DNA of 64,000 nucleotides from Acidobacteriota bacterium (GTDB taxonomy: Bacteria > Acidobacteriota > Vicinamibacteria > Vicinamibacterales > Fen-181), in assembly GCA_025363775.1 (NCBI GenBank), contig JANYLG010000091.1:7655-71654 (forward strand), written 5' to 3'. This document shows positions 10,926-21,097 of this stretch, in pieces. The stretch's first letter is position 1. Every line of letters starts with the position of its first letter. Under the pieces are notes generated by a model that saw only the letters and a program-made list of their open reading frames with translations, was not told where the DNA came from and made no database searches. The translations under genes were made by a program, and so were the position numbers.

Positions 10926-12230
10926 ATGACGAGACGACGGCTGTCGGTGGTCCTCTGCACGCTCTGGGCGACGGCGATCACGGCGGGGCTGCGCGGCCAG
11001 GCGCCTTCGCCGATCATCGAGAGCCATCAGGGTGACGACTACACGCGGTACGAGCTGCTCGCGCCGGGCTCGGCGCGGTTTCGAATCGTGTACGAGGTGA
11101 CGGCGACCTCGCCGGGCGCCCGCTTCTACTTCAACATCATTCGGAAGGGCAGCGAGGCCAGCGACGAGGCCGTCTTCGACCAGATGACGGGGCAGCCCCT
11201 GCCGTTCACCGTGGTGGACGGAGCGGCCGCGCGCGCGGCCGGTCTCCAGCAGGCCGATCCTGACGCAAACTACATCCAGGTGACGCTGCCGCGGCCGGTA
11301 CCGAAGGGCGGCGAAATCCGGCTGCGGATCGACAAGACCTACAAGGATCCAAAATCGTACTACCAGCGGGGCGACACGATCGTGTTCGCCCGCGGCCTGG
11401 GGATCCGCCGCAACGCGGTTGTGATGCCGGCCGGTTACGAGATCGTGTCGTGCAACGTCCCGTCGCAGGTGCTCGTGAACCCGGACGGGCGGCTCATGAT
11501 CAGCTTCTTCCACATCGGCGCCGGCGAGGCGCCGCTCGTGCTCGAGGCGCGGCCGCTGCCGAAGGACGCCGCGGTGCCCGGATCACCGGCGAAGGGAGCA
11601 TCGGCTGTCTCCGCCCCTAAGCCGGCGGTCGCAGCACCCGTCGCAGCTTTGTCGAACGCCGAACGCCTCTCGGAACGTGCCCACCAGGACCGGGAGATCG
11701 TCTATTTCCTCCAGCAGCCCGAGACACACACTTTCTCGCTCTACCACGACTACACGGAAACCCGCGCCGGGACCGACAAGTACCTGAACGTCGTGCGCGC
11801 CGGCTCCCGGGCCTCGAATCCTTCTGCCCGCCTGTTGGACACGGGCGAGGCGCTGAAGGTGGAAACGCTGAAGGGCAACGCGATCACGGCGGCCAGCCTC
11901 GACATCGGCGAACCGGTGACGCCGGCCACGGAAGTGGTGGTCATCCGGTTCCCGGCAGTGGCAAAGGGACAGTCGGTCCGCCTGCGCATCATCGAGACCT
12001 ACATGGACGAAGGCCGCTACGACATGGCTGGCGACGAACTGATTTGGGATCGGGGCCTGGGGCGGCCGCGAAACGCCGTGGTTCTTCCGGCAGGTTGGTA
12101 CCTCACGGCCAGTTCGATCCCGACGGTGGTCACGATGACCGAGGACGGCCGGGTGCGGCTGGAGTACAACAACCCAAGACCCGACGACGTCAACGTCCTG
12201 TTGAAAGCGGCGCGGCGATCGCGCCGGTAG
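10926..12230 (+). CDS. Secreted hypothetical protein built from two homologous ~170-aa domains
   Basis: I start the ORF 10836..12230 at the ATG at 10926, giving a signal peptide (MTRRRLSVVLCTLWATAITAGLRGQ). The internal duplication shows in matched motifs: YFNIIRKGSEAS/YLNVVRAGSRAS, IRLRIDKTYKD/VRLRIIETYMD, and VFARGLGIRRNAVVMPAGY/IWDRGLGRPRNAVVLPAGW. Confidence 0.7.
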   Translation: MTRRRLSVVLCTLWATAITAGLRGQAPSPIIESHQGDDYTRYELLAPGSARFRIVYEVTATSPGARFYFNIIRKGSEASDEAVFDQMTGQPLPFTVVDGAAARAAGLQQADPDANYIQVTLPRPVPKGGEIRLRIDKTYKDPKSYYQRGDTIVFARGLGIRRNAVVMPAGYEIVSCNVPSQVLVNPDGRLMISFFHIGAGEAPLVLEARPLPKDAAVPGSPAKGASAVSAPKPAVAAPVAALSNAERLSERAHQDREIVYFLQQPETHTFSLYHDYTETRAGTDKYLNVVRAGSRASNPSARLLDTGEALKVETLKGNAITAASLDIGEPVTPATEVVVIRFPAVAKGQSVRLRIIETYMDEGRYDMAGDELIWDRGLGRPRNAVVLPAGWYLTASSIPTVVTMTEDGRVRLEYNNPRPDDVNVLLKAARRSRR

Positions 12231-12434
12231 AGGCGAGCGATGCGCTGATCGCCAGCATGTATTTGTCACATGATGAAGTACAGACAGGGGGAGCCTGTCA
12301 AGAACACCCTGCCCGTTCCTCGCACCCTGTCAAAGCGGTCAACGGTTCGAGTGTCGGCGACGATTGACCAGGCCGATTATCGTACGGCCTGTTCCCTCGT
12401 CTGATCCTTGACGGCGAGAATTCCGCGCGGCCCT

Positions 12435-15400
12435 TCACTCCGCGGCACGCACCCACACCTCGACCCAGTGCTCCACGTGGTCATCGACCAGTGGCACCGC
12501 CCTGCCGGCCTGGTCGTTGCCATCAAGGCTGAGACGCTGGTCGCCGGTCCCGTGCGGCGTCTGGTGCACCGTGATGTGATAGACGGTCTCGCGGTACCGG
12601 TAGTGCATGGTAAAGGCGTTCCAGTCCGCGGGCAGGCACGGCTCGATCCGCAACCGGTCGACCTCGAGTCTCAAGCCGAGGAGCGACTCGACGATGAGCC
12701 GGTACATCCAGCCGGCAGACCCCGTGTACCAGGTCCACCCGCCGCGCCCGACGTGCGGGGTCACCGCGTAGACGTCGGCCGCCACCACGTAGGGCTCCAC
12801 CTTGTAGGTCTCGACCGCGGCCGGTGACGCTCCGTGGGCGATCGGGTTGATCAGATTCCACACCTCCCACGCGCGTTGGGCGTCGCCGAGTTTGGCAAAT
12901 GCCATGGCCGCCCAGATGGCCGCGTGGGTGTACTGCCCCCCGTTTTCTCGCACGCCCGGGACGTACCCTTTGATGTACCCGGGGTCGAGCGCGGAGGTGT
13001 CGAACGGCGGGTCGAGCAGGCGGACGAGCCGGTCGTCGCGGCGGACCAGGCGCGCGTCCACCGCGTCCATCGCGGCGTGGGCGCGGGTCGGATCGGCGGC
13101 GCCGGAGAGGACGGACCAGCTCTGCGCAATCGAATCGATCTGGCACTCGGGGTTGCTCGACGAACCGAGCGGCGATCCGTCGTCGAAGTAGGCGCGTCGG
13201 TACCACGACCCGTCCCACCCCGTCTCCTCGAGGCGCACCCGTAACTTCGCCGCCTCCGACAGGCAGCGATCCGCGAAGACGGAATCGCCGCGCCGCCGGG
13301 CCAAGTCGGCAAACGGCGTCAGCACGGCGTAGAGGAAGAATCCCAGCCAGACGCTCTCGCCGCGCCCGGCCGCGCCGACCAGGTTCATGCCGTCGTTCCA
13401 GTCTCCTGAGCCGATGAGCGGCAGGCCGTGGGCGCCGAACCGCAGGCCCCTCACGATTGCACGGACGCAGTGGCGGTAGAGGCTGGCGGTGTCCTCGGAC
13501 GTGACCGGCAAGTCGTAGTAGGAGTCCTCCTCAGGGTTCACGGCGCGGCCTTCGATGAAGTGGACGGTTTCATCGAGCACCCCGGTGTCGCCGGTCGCCG
13601 TCACGTAGCGGCACGTCGCCATCGGCAGCCAGAGGTAGTCGTCCGAGCAGTGCGTGCGGACGCCTCGACCCGCAGGCGGATGCCACCAGTGCTGGACGTC
13701 GCCTTCCGGGAACTGTCGCGACGCGCACAACAGCAGGTGTTGCCGGACGAGCGGGGCCTCCGCGTGGATGAGCGCCATGACGTCCTGCAACTGGTCGCGG
13801 AACCCGAACGCGCCCCCCGACTGGTACGCGCCGCTGCGCCCCCAGAGGCGACACGCGACGGTCTGGTAGAGGAGCCAGCCGTTGGCCAGCGTGTTGAGCG
13901 CGGCGTCGGGTGTCTCGACCTGCACGGCACCGAGCGTGTGGTTCCAGTACTGCCAGACGGCCTCGAGCGAGCGACGCGCGGCGTCCCCCCCCCGGACACG
14001 GCCGAGCAGGCCTGCCGCGTCGTCGCGGTCGCGTCCTGCGCCGAGCCTGAAGACGATCTCGCGCTCCTGTCCCGCGTCCAGCGCGAAAGCCACCTGGATC
14101 GCCGCGCACGGATCCAGAGCGGCTCCCACGCGACCGGAGAGCGTCGACCGCATCAAGGCGGCCGGCTGCCTGAGCGTGCCGTTGCGGCCGATGAACTCGG
14201 TGCGGTCGCTGGACACGCGGCGACTCGCGTCGTCCACGTGGAAGAAGGCCGTGTGCCCGGCGAACTCGGCGTTGTAGGCGTTCTCGGCGAAGAGGGCGCC
14301 GGTGTCGGGGTCGATCGCGGTGACCACGTGCGGGGCGGTCTTCGCTTTGAGGTCACCCAACACCCACTCCACGTAGCCAGTGGCGGACAGGCGGCGCGGT
14401 CGGCCGGAGGCATTGCGGATCTTCAGCACCGACCACTTCACGGGCGCCGTCAGGTCCACGTACACCCACAACTCCGACGTGATGCCGTCTTCGGTGTGCT
14501 CGAAAACGCTGTAGCCAAATCCATGCCGGCTCGTGTACGGACGGTCGCTTCCGGCCGGCAGCGGCGTCGGCGACCAGAAGGCGCCGCTTTCCTCGTCGCG
14601 CAGGTAGAAGGCCTCTCCGCAGGCGTCGGTGACCGAGTCGTTGTTCCAGGGCGTCAGGCGGAACTCGTGGGCATTCTCGGCCCAGGTGTAGGCCGAGCCG
14701 CTCTCCGAGATGACGGTGCCGAAGCCGGGGTTTGCCAGGACGTTCACCCAGGGCGCCGGCGTCACCGCGCCAGGCCCGGTCGTGATGATGTACTCGTGGC
14801 CGTCCGGGGTGAAACCGCCCAGCCCGTTGGAGAACACGAGGTCTCGGCCAGGTGGCAGATCCGGTGCGGGAGCCTGCGCACGGTGAGCCCGGGCCGGCGT
14901 GAACCTTGCGGGGAGCACCTCGGCCAGGCGGCCGCCGATCTGATCCGCGAGCGAGCCGCGACTGTCGGAAATGATCGCCCTGGCGACCGACTGGAACAAC
15001 GTCCGGTCCTCGCTCGAGATCTGCTCGGCCGGGCGGACGACGATCGCGCCCAGGCGGTCCGGTGCACGGGGCTCGACGCCACCCGCGATGAGGCCGATGA
15101 TCTGATCCTGGAGCACCTGCCGGTATCCGGCGCGATCCTCGTTCCAGATCACGAGGTCCACCGCCAGTCCCTTCAGACGCCAGTAGGCGTGGGCCTGCAC
15201 GAGCTGGCGCACCAGCTCGATGTGGGCCGCATCGCCAATCTGCAGCAGCACGATCGGCAGATCGCCGGACACCGAGTGGCCCCACAGCCCGGACTGCCCG
15301 CGCCGGTTTCTGGCGAGGATGGCCGGATCGGCGCGCAGCGACGGGTTCGCGTAGATGATGGAGCTGGCCAGGCGGCAATAGAGCTGCGCGTCCGGCTCGC

Positions 15401-18400
15401 TGGCGTTCAACTGCCTCAGGACGACCTGGGCGTGTGTGGACGCCAGCGCGAACACGCGGTTGGCGAGCCGCCGGTCCTGGTACTTGCCCACGAGGCCCAG
15501 GCAAGCGGCGCGCGTGTCAGCCATGCCCGAGACGATGTCGATCGTGATCGTCTCGTCCGGGTCGAGCACGTAACGGCCGCGGATGGCGACGATCGGGTCG
15601 AGCACCGACCCCGCGGCGCCCGAGAGCGGCCCGGGCTGGCGCATCGCGCGCGGGTCGGCGGGTGTCCGCCCGCGGCCGAGGAAGAGCAGCCGATCGGTCT
15701 CGTACGAGAGGGCGCCGCCCGCCGACGCGCCATGCGCCGCCATGAGATGGAACATCCAGGGTGACGACTCGCCGCGCGAGCGCGGGCGCCTCGTGCAGAG
15801 GATGGCGCGCTGGTCCGGGACGATCTCGGTCTGGACGAAGAGGTTGCTGAACGCCGGGTGCAACGCGTCGGCGGCGGGGGCGGCGAGCGCCACCTCCGCG
15901 TAGGTCGTCACGTCGAGCGTCCGGCGCGTGCGGCCGCAGTTGGTCAGGCGCAGCCGACGCAGCTCGACATCGTCCTCGGGCGACACGGCAATCTCCGTGT
16001 AGCTCTCGATTTCGTGCTTCCTGCCGCGGAACTCGGCGCGGGCCTCGGAGAACACCGCCTCGAACCGATCGGCCGGCTGCAGCGTCGGCTGGTGCGCCGC
16101 GGACCAGAAGGCGCCGTTCGCGACATCCCGGATGTAGCAGAACGTCCCCCAGTTGTCCGAGGTCGCATCCTCGCGCCAGCGGGTGACGGCGAGGTCCTTC
16201 CATCGGCTGTACCCGCCGCCCGCGTTGGTGACGACGACGTGATAGCGGCCGTTCGACAGGAGCTGCACCTCGGGGGTGGGCGTGTCGGGCCTGCTGAACG
16301 AGCGCATCGTGATTTCGGCGCTGCTCGGCGCCGTGCGGGCGTCCGACGCGGGCGTGGCCGGCAAATAGAGCGCGCTCGCGCGCGGAATCCGCTCCTGGAG
16401 CAGCAGCGCGGTCGCCTGGAACGCCGGGTCGGACGCGAAGCGCTTCTGCATCCGTCCGTCGAGGAGCACGTGCGCCAGCGACAGGAACGTCATCCCCTGG
16501 TGATGCGCCATGTAGGAGCGAACGAGGGCGTGCGAATGACCGCGCGGCAGGCGCGTCGGCGTGTAGTCAATCGCCTCGTAGAAGCCGAGTTCCCCCTCGA
16601 AGCCCTCTGCCGCGAGCCGCTGCAGGTTCGAGCACGCCTCCTCGGGCGAGACCATCAGCGCGAGGGCTGACGCGTACGGCGCGACGACCAGATCGTCCGC
16701 GAGGCCGCGCTTGAGGCCGAGGCCCGGCACGCCGAACGCGCGGTACTGGTAGGCGAGCCGTCCGTCGAGCAGGTTGTACCCCGATTCTGAAATACCCCAC
16801 GGCACCCCGAGGTGCCTGCCATATTCGATCTGGCGCTTGACCGCCGCCTTGCACGTCTGGTCGAGCAGCGTGTTCTCGTAGCCCGGCATCACGACGAGCG
16901 GCATCAGGTACTCGAACATCGAACCGCTCCACGACATCAGCACCGGCTCGCCGGCGGCAGTCGTGAGCAGGCGCCCGAGCGCAAACCAGCTCTCCTGCGG
17001 CAGGTGTCCCTGCGCGATCGCAACGAACGTGCAGAGACGCGCCTCTGAGGCGAGCAGATCGTAGTAGCTGGAATCGCGCCGACGCTCGGCGACGTTGTAG
17101 CCGATCGACAGGACCTGGCGGGCCTTGTCGAACAGGAAGTTCCATTCCATCTCCGCGAGGTCGATCGACTGCCGCGCGAGACGGTCGATCGCGGTGATCC
17201 GTGCCCTTGCGGGGCCGGCCCACTCGCCGTCGAGCGCCGCCAGCTCGCCGAGCGTCGGAATCGACGTGAACCCGGGGAGGTGCGCCTGCGGCGTGGCGGA
17301 GGCAGCGAGCGACGTCCACGGGGCCAGGCTCGCGAGATCGTCCATGACCTCCCGGCATTGGCCGGCCAGCGCCGACGCCCAGCCTCTTGCCTCGCGCTCG
17401 GTCGCCGTCGCGAGCGCAGTGGCCAGGGCGCTGCTCTCCGTCGCGAGGCGTTCGAGGACCCGCCTGCCGTCCGCGACCGTCGCCGGCGGGGATTCACACG
17501 CCGCGTCGAGCGCCTTCTGCAGCCGTGTCATGGCGGTCGTCGGCGCGCTCGGACTGGTGTCGGCTACGAGGTCGAACGCGTCGCGCAGTCCCTGAAAGGC
17601 GCGGGCCGGCAGGATGGGTTCGTCCAGAAGCGCGAGCAGCCCCGGCCGGAGCGTCAGGAGATGGCCGGCCAGGTTGCCGCTGTCCACCGAGGAGATGTAC
17701 CGCGGCTCGAGCGGCGCGAGCGACTGGGTGTCGTACCAGTTGTAGAAGTGGCCGCGGTGGCGCTCCATCTCCGACATCGCCTGGAACGCGCGCGTGGTGC
17801 GGTCCACGAGCCGGCCCGCCGAGATGTAGCCGAAGTCATAGGCCGACAGATTGGCGAGGAGCGCCAGTCCCATGTTGGTCGGCGACGTGCGATGCGCCAC
17901 CCCTGGAGCGGGCGACTCCTGGTAGTTGTCCGGTGGCAGCCAGTGATCGTCGGCCCCGACGTAGGTGTCGAAGAAGCCCCATGTCTTGCGTCCAACGCCG
18001 CGGAGAAATCGAAGCTGGTCCCTGGTCAGCCGCGCCTCGCGCCGCGTCAGCGGACGGCTGACCTGCCAGGTGATGACCGGGGCGGCGAACCAGAGGAGCA
18101 GGATGGGAGCAGCGGCGGCGAGGCCCGACGGACGGGCCAGCGACAAGTACGTGCCCGCGGCGGCGGCGAGGGTGGGGGCGATCCACATCCTCGCCCACGC
18201 ACCGGCGAGCCCCTGGCCTACGGGGTGTCCCTGTTCAGCCGACGGCGTCCACTCGAGGAGGCGTCTGCGTGTAATGAGCGTCCGCGCCGTGGTGCGGACG
18301 GCGGCGTCGAGGCTGAAGAGCGCTTCGTACGGGAGACACGCAAGCGCCATCACCGCCTGCGCAACCTGACGCCCAATCGAGCGCGTGCTGCCCGCGAGAT

Positions 18401-21095
18401 GCCGGGCGAGCCGCACGTCGGCCGGTTTTCGGACGATGTCGGGGAGCGACGCGACCAGGGCGGGGAGCAACAGGCAGCCGACACCGGCCAGGGTCCATCC
18501 CCAGGCGGGCGAGAGCACGGCCCACGCGACCAGGAGCAGGCCCACCAGCGCCGCGGGCGCGAGGCTGCGGCGGAGGTTGTCGAGGAGCTTCCATCGGCCC
18601 AACGCGGGGAGCGGGTTCCTGGTGCGCCGCCCATCGCGACCTGGAACGGCTGGCAGCAGCCAGCGCCACAACTGCCAGTCGCCGCGGATCCAGCGGTAGC
18701 GCCGCCGCACGTCCTCCTCGTAGCGGGACGGGTAATCCTCGTACACCTGCACGTCGGTCAGCAGCCCGGCGCGCGCGTAGCATCCTTCGAGCAGGTCGTG
18801 GCTGAGGATCCGGTTCTCCGGGAAGCGACCGCCCACCGCCAGGTTGAACGCGTCCACATCGTAGATTCCCTTGCCGACGAAAGAGCCTTCGCCGAACAAG
18901 TCCTGGTAGACGTCGGACACGACGCGGGTATAGGGATCGATGCCAGGCTCGCTGGCCCACAGCCGGGCATACTGTGACCGGTTCGCGACGGGGAGGCTGA
19001 CGGCCACGCGCGGCTGGAGGATGCCGTACCCTTCGGTCACGCGCTGCTCGTGCTCGTCGTACCGAGGGCGGTTGAGCGGGTGCATCATGGCACCGACCAT
19101 GAGGCGGGCGGCGTCTCGCGGCAGCTGCGTGTCGGCGTCGAGCGTGATGACGTATTTCACCTGCTGGAGGATCGCGGCGTCCCCAACGACGCGCGAGAAG
19201 TCGCCGTTCGAGCGGCCACGGAGCAGCGCATTCAAATCGGCCAGCTTCCCGCGCTTGCGCTCGTATCCCATCCAGACGCGCTCTTTTGGATTCCAGCGCC
19301 GCGGGCGGTGGAAGAGGAAGAACGGGCCGCGGCGAGCGGGCGCGCCAGGGGGCGTACCATCGGAGATGCCGTACTTGTCATTGAGTTCGTTGATCCGCTG
19401 TTCGGCGAGACATTCGAGGGCGTCGTCCTCCGGAAGAATTTCCTGGGAAGCATCGGCCAGGTCCGTCAGGAGGCCGAAGGCGACGTGGTCGTCCCGGTTG
19501 CCGAGGAAGCGCACCTCCAGTGCTTCGACCATGTGCTCCACGTTCTGCGCGCTCGTGATCAACGTCGGGACGACGACCAGGGTCCGCGAGGCCGGGGGGA
19601 TGCCTTCCGACAGGTCCATCTTCGGCAGGGCACGGGGCGTCGCCAGCCGTGGCACCAGGGCGTTCACGACGGCGACGGCTACCTGGCTGGCGCACAGCAG
19701 CAGGAGGATCCCGAACAGCACGAACAGGCCGAGGATCCAGCCATCCGCGCCCTCCCATCGCACCCGCACGATCAGGGCTGCCGTGGGCAGCGCCGTAAGG
19801 GCGACGATGCTTCCGAGATAGAGCGCCAGCGGATGGCTGATGCACGCGCGCCGCACGGTTTCGGCGACGGAGAAGCGCGCACGCGCCGCTCGTTCGAGCT
19901 GTGAGAGTCCCTTGTCGACGAGGTAGAAGCCGACGTGCGTCGCCCTGGCGCCGCCGGCCGCGGTCGCGGCTGTCTCCCGGGCGAGCTGGATCGCGATCCC
20001 GGCCACCTCACCTTCCGTCCGGCCGCTCCGCCTGGCCGTCGTCTCCACGACGTGGCGATACTGGTCCCTCGTGGCAAAATCCATCAGGGGATATACGCCA
20101 GCCGGATCCTCTCGCAGGGTCCGGTCCACGGCGCTCCTCGCCTCGACGAAGTCGCGCCAGTCGGCGGCCCCGAGGAACCTCAGGCTGCTGATGCTGTTGC
20201 TGATCGAGACTTGATCGGCGGCCTGCTGCTGGTTCTCCGATTGCACCAGTAGCTCGATCGTCAGGCCGTCTTCCGACAGCCGCTGTTCGATCCACGTGAG
20301 CGGCAGGGCCAGCGCCGGGCTCTTGCCCTGCAGGCGGCGGGCGAACTCGGCCACGAACGACCCGACCATCGGCGGATCCGACCGCGCCATGTCGGCGATC
20401 GACAGAATGAGGCTCTTCGGGTCCTTCTCTGCGATCGCCGTCATCTGGTCCGCCCAGTAGTCGGCGCGGTTCCGATCGCCGCGGTCGGCCCCGATCCGGG
20501 CCGCCACGCGGCGGAGGTTCTCGAGCAGGGCCAGCCGCAGCATGATCGGGATGGCCCACAGTTCGCCGATCGTGAGCGGCGTCACCGCCTGGTAGGTCGA
20601 GACGAACCCGCCGAGGCCGTCGGTGTCCAGGCGGCCATCGCCGTGCGAGATCGTCTCGAGGGCGATGTCGTAGACCCGCGGCAGCCCGGCCGACGGGCCG
20701 TCGGCCAGGCTTGGCAGCTCGCGGCTGTAACGCGCCGGGAGGTGCCGCCGGGCCGTGCGGATCTGTTCCTCGATCAGGTAGAAGTTGTCGAGCAGCCACT
20801 CCCCGGCCGGCGTGATCCGGCGGTCCTCGTTCACCGCCTCCGTCAAGAGGGTGCGGACGGCGACGAGCAGGGCCTCGTTCGCCGCCAGGCGCGTCAGCAG
20901 TGCGTCGGAGCCCCGCGTCGTGCTCAGCCGATGTGAGCCGGCCAGGATCTTTCCGTGCTGCGCCATCTGCTCGCGGCTGAACAGCTCCGCGCGCAGCGGC
21001 GGCTCCTCGCCGGCGAAGGCCGCCGGGAAGTACGGTCGGCGAGTGATCGCTTCGCGCAACGAGATGAGTGGGTTGGCGGTACCCGTGCCGATCAT
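12435..21095 (-). CDS. ndvB: Cyclic beta-1,2-glucan synthase-like giant glycosyltransferase/phosphorylase (NdvB/ChvB/Cgs type)
   Basis: 2886-aa ORF. After an N-terminal region come TM segments and a GT domain (TLVVVPTLI.., VITLDADTQLPRDAA, YRWIRGDWQ). A central glucoamylase-like region follows (ESGYNLLDGRLAYQYRAFGVPGLGLKRG). The C-terminus is a GH94-type phosphorylase domain (GFRDQLQDVMALIHAEA..QFPEGDVQHWWHP). Size and domain order match Cgs-type enzymes. Confidence 0.85.
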   Translation of the reverse strand: MIGTGTANPLISLREAITRRPYFPAAFAGEEPPLRAELFSREQMAQHGKILAGSHRLSTTRGSDALLTRLAANEALLVAVRTLLTEAVNEDRRITPAGEWLLDNFYLIEEQIRTARRHLPARYSRELPSLADGPSAGLPRVYDIALETISHGDGRLDTDGLGGFVSTYQAVTPLTIGELWAIPIMLRLALLENLRRVAARIGADRGDRNRADYWADQMTAIAEKDPKSLILSIADMARSDPPMVGSFVAEFARRLQGKSPALALPLTWIEQRLSEDGLTIELLVQSENQQQAADQVSISNSISSLRFLGAADWRDFVEARSAVDRTLREDPAGVYPLMDFATRDQYRHVVETTARRSGRTEGEVAGIAIQLARETAATAAGGARATHVGFYLVDKGLSQLERAARARFSVAETVRRACISHPLALYLGSIVALTALPTAALIVRVRWEGADGWILGLFVLFGILLLLCASQVAVAVVNALVPRLATPRALPKMDLSEGIPPASRTLVVVPTLITSAQNVEHMVEALEVRFLGNRDDHVAFGLLTDLADASQEILPEDDALECLAEQRINELNDKYGISDGTPPGAPARRGPFFLFHRPRRWNPKERVWMGYERKRGKLADLNALLRGRSNGDFSRVVGDAAILQQVKYVITLDADTQLPRDAARLMVGAMMHPLNRPRYDEHEQRVTEGYGILQPRVAVSLPVANRSQYARLWASEPGIDPYTRVVSDVYQDLFGEGSFVGKGIYDVDAFNLAVGGRFPENRILSHDLLEGCYARAGLLTDVQVYEDYPSRYEEDVRRRYRWIRGDWQLWRWLLPAVPGRDGRRTRNPLPALGRWKLLDNLRRSLAPAALVGLLLVAWAVLSPAWGWTLAGVGCLLLPALVASLPDIVRKPADVRLARHLAGSTRSIGRQVAQAVMALACLPYEALFSLDAAVRTTARTLITRRRLLEWTPSAEQGHPVGQGLAGAWARMWIAPTLAAAAGTYLSLARPSGLAAAAPILLLWFAAPVITWQVSRPLTRREARLTRDQLRFLRGVGRKTWGFFDTYVGADDHWLPPDNYQESPAPGVAHRTSPTNMGLALLANLSAYDFGYISAGRLVDRTTRAFQAMSEMERHRGHFYNWYDTQSLAPLEPRYISSVDSGNLAGHLLTLRPGLLALLDEPILPARAFQGLRDAFDLVADTSPSAPTTAMTRLQKALDAACESPPATVADGRRVLERLATESSALATALATATEREARGWASALAGQCREVMDDLASLAPWTSLAASATPQAHLPGFTSIPTLGELAALDGEWAGPARARITAIDRLARQSIDLAEMEWNFLFDKARQVLSIGYNVAERRRDSSYYDLLASEARLCTFVAIAQGHLPQESWFALGRLLTTAAGEPVLMSWSGSMFEYLMPLVVMPGYENTLLDQTCKAAVKRQIEYGRHLGVPWGISESGYNLLDGRLAYQYRAFGVPGLGLKRGLADDLVVAPYASALALMVSPEEACSNLQRLAAEGFEGELGFYEAIDYTPTRLPRGHSHALVRSYMAHHQGMTFLSLAHVLLDGRMQKRFASDPAFQATALLLQERIPRASALYLPATPASDARTAPSSAEITMRSFSRPDTPTPEVQLLSNGRYHVVVTNAGGGYSRWKDLAVTRWREDATSDNWGTFCYIRDVANGAFWSAAHQPTLQPADRFEAVFSEARAEFRGRKHEIESYTEIAVSPEDDVELRRLRLTNCGRTRRTLDVTTYAEVALAAPAADALHPAFSNLFVQTEIVPDQRAILCTRRPRSRGESSPWMFHLMAAHGASAGGALSYETDRLLFLGRGRTPADPRAMRQPGPLSGAAGSVLDPIVAIRGRYVLDPDETITIDIVSGMADTRAACLGLVGKYQDRRLANRVFALASTHAQVVLRQLNASEPDAQLYCRLASSIIYANPSLRADPAILARNRRGQSGLWGHSVSGDLPIVLLQIGDAAHIELVRQLVQAHAYWRLKGLAVDLVIWNEDRAGYRQVLQDQIIGLIAGGVEPRAPDRLGAIVVRPAEQISSEDRTLFQSVARAIISDSRGSLADQIGGRLAEVLPARFTPARAHRAQAPAPDLPPGRDLVFSNGLGGFTPDGHEYIITTGPGAVTPAPWVNVLANPGFGTVISESGSAYTWAENAHEFRLTPWNNDSVTDACGEAFYLRDEESGAFWSPTPLPAGSDRPYTSRHGFGYSVFEHTEDGITSELWVYVDLTAPVKWSVLKIRNASGRPRRLSATGYVEWVLGDLKAKTAPHVVTAIDPDTGALFAENAYNAEFAGHTAFFHVDDASRRVSSDRTEFIGRNGTLRQPAALMRSTLSGRVGAALDPCAAIQVAFALDAGQEREIVFRLGAGRDRDDAAGLLGRVRGGDAARRSLEAVWQYWNHTLGAVQVETPDAALNTLANGWLLYQTVACRLWGRSGAYQSGGAFGFRDQLQDVMALIHAEAPLVRQHLLLCASRQFPEGDVQHWWHPPAGRGVRTHCSDDYLWLPMATCRYVTATGDTGVLDETVHFIEGRAVNPEEDSYYDLPVTSEDTASLYRHCVRAIVRGLRFGAHGLPLIGSGDWNDGMNLVGAAGRGESVWLGFFLYAVLTPFADLARRRGDSVFADRCLSEAAKLRVRLEETGWDGSWYRRAYFDDGSPLGSSSNPECQIDSIAQSWSVLSGAADPTRAHAAMDAVDARLVRRDDRLVRLLDPPFDTSALDPGYIKGYVPGVRENGGQYTHAAIWAAMAFAKLGDAQRAWEVWNLINPIAHGASPAAVETYKVEPYVVAADVYAVTPHVGRGGWTWYTGSAGWMYRLIVESLLGLRLEVDRLRIEPCLPADWNAFTMHYRYRETVYHITVHQTPHGTGDQRLSLDGNDQAGRAVPLVDDHVEHWVEVWVRAAE

Positions 21096-21097
21096 GC

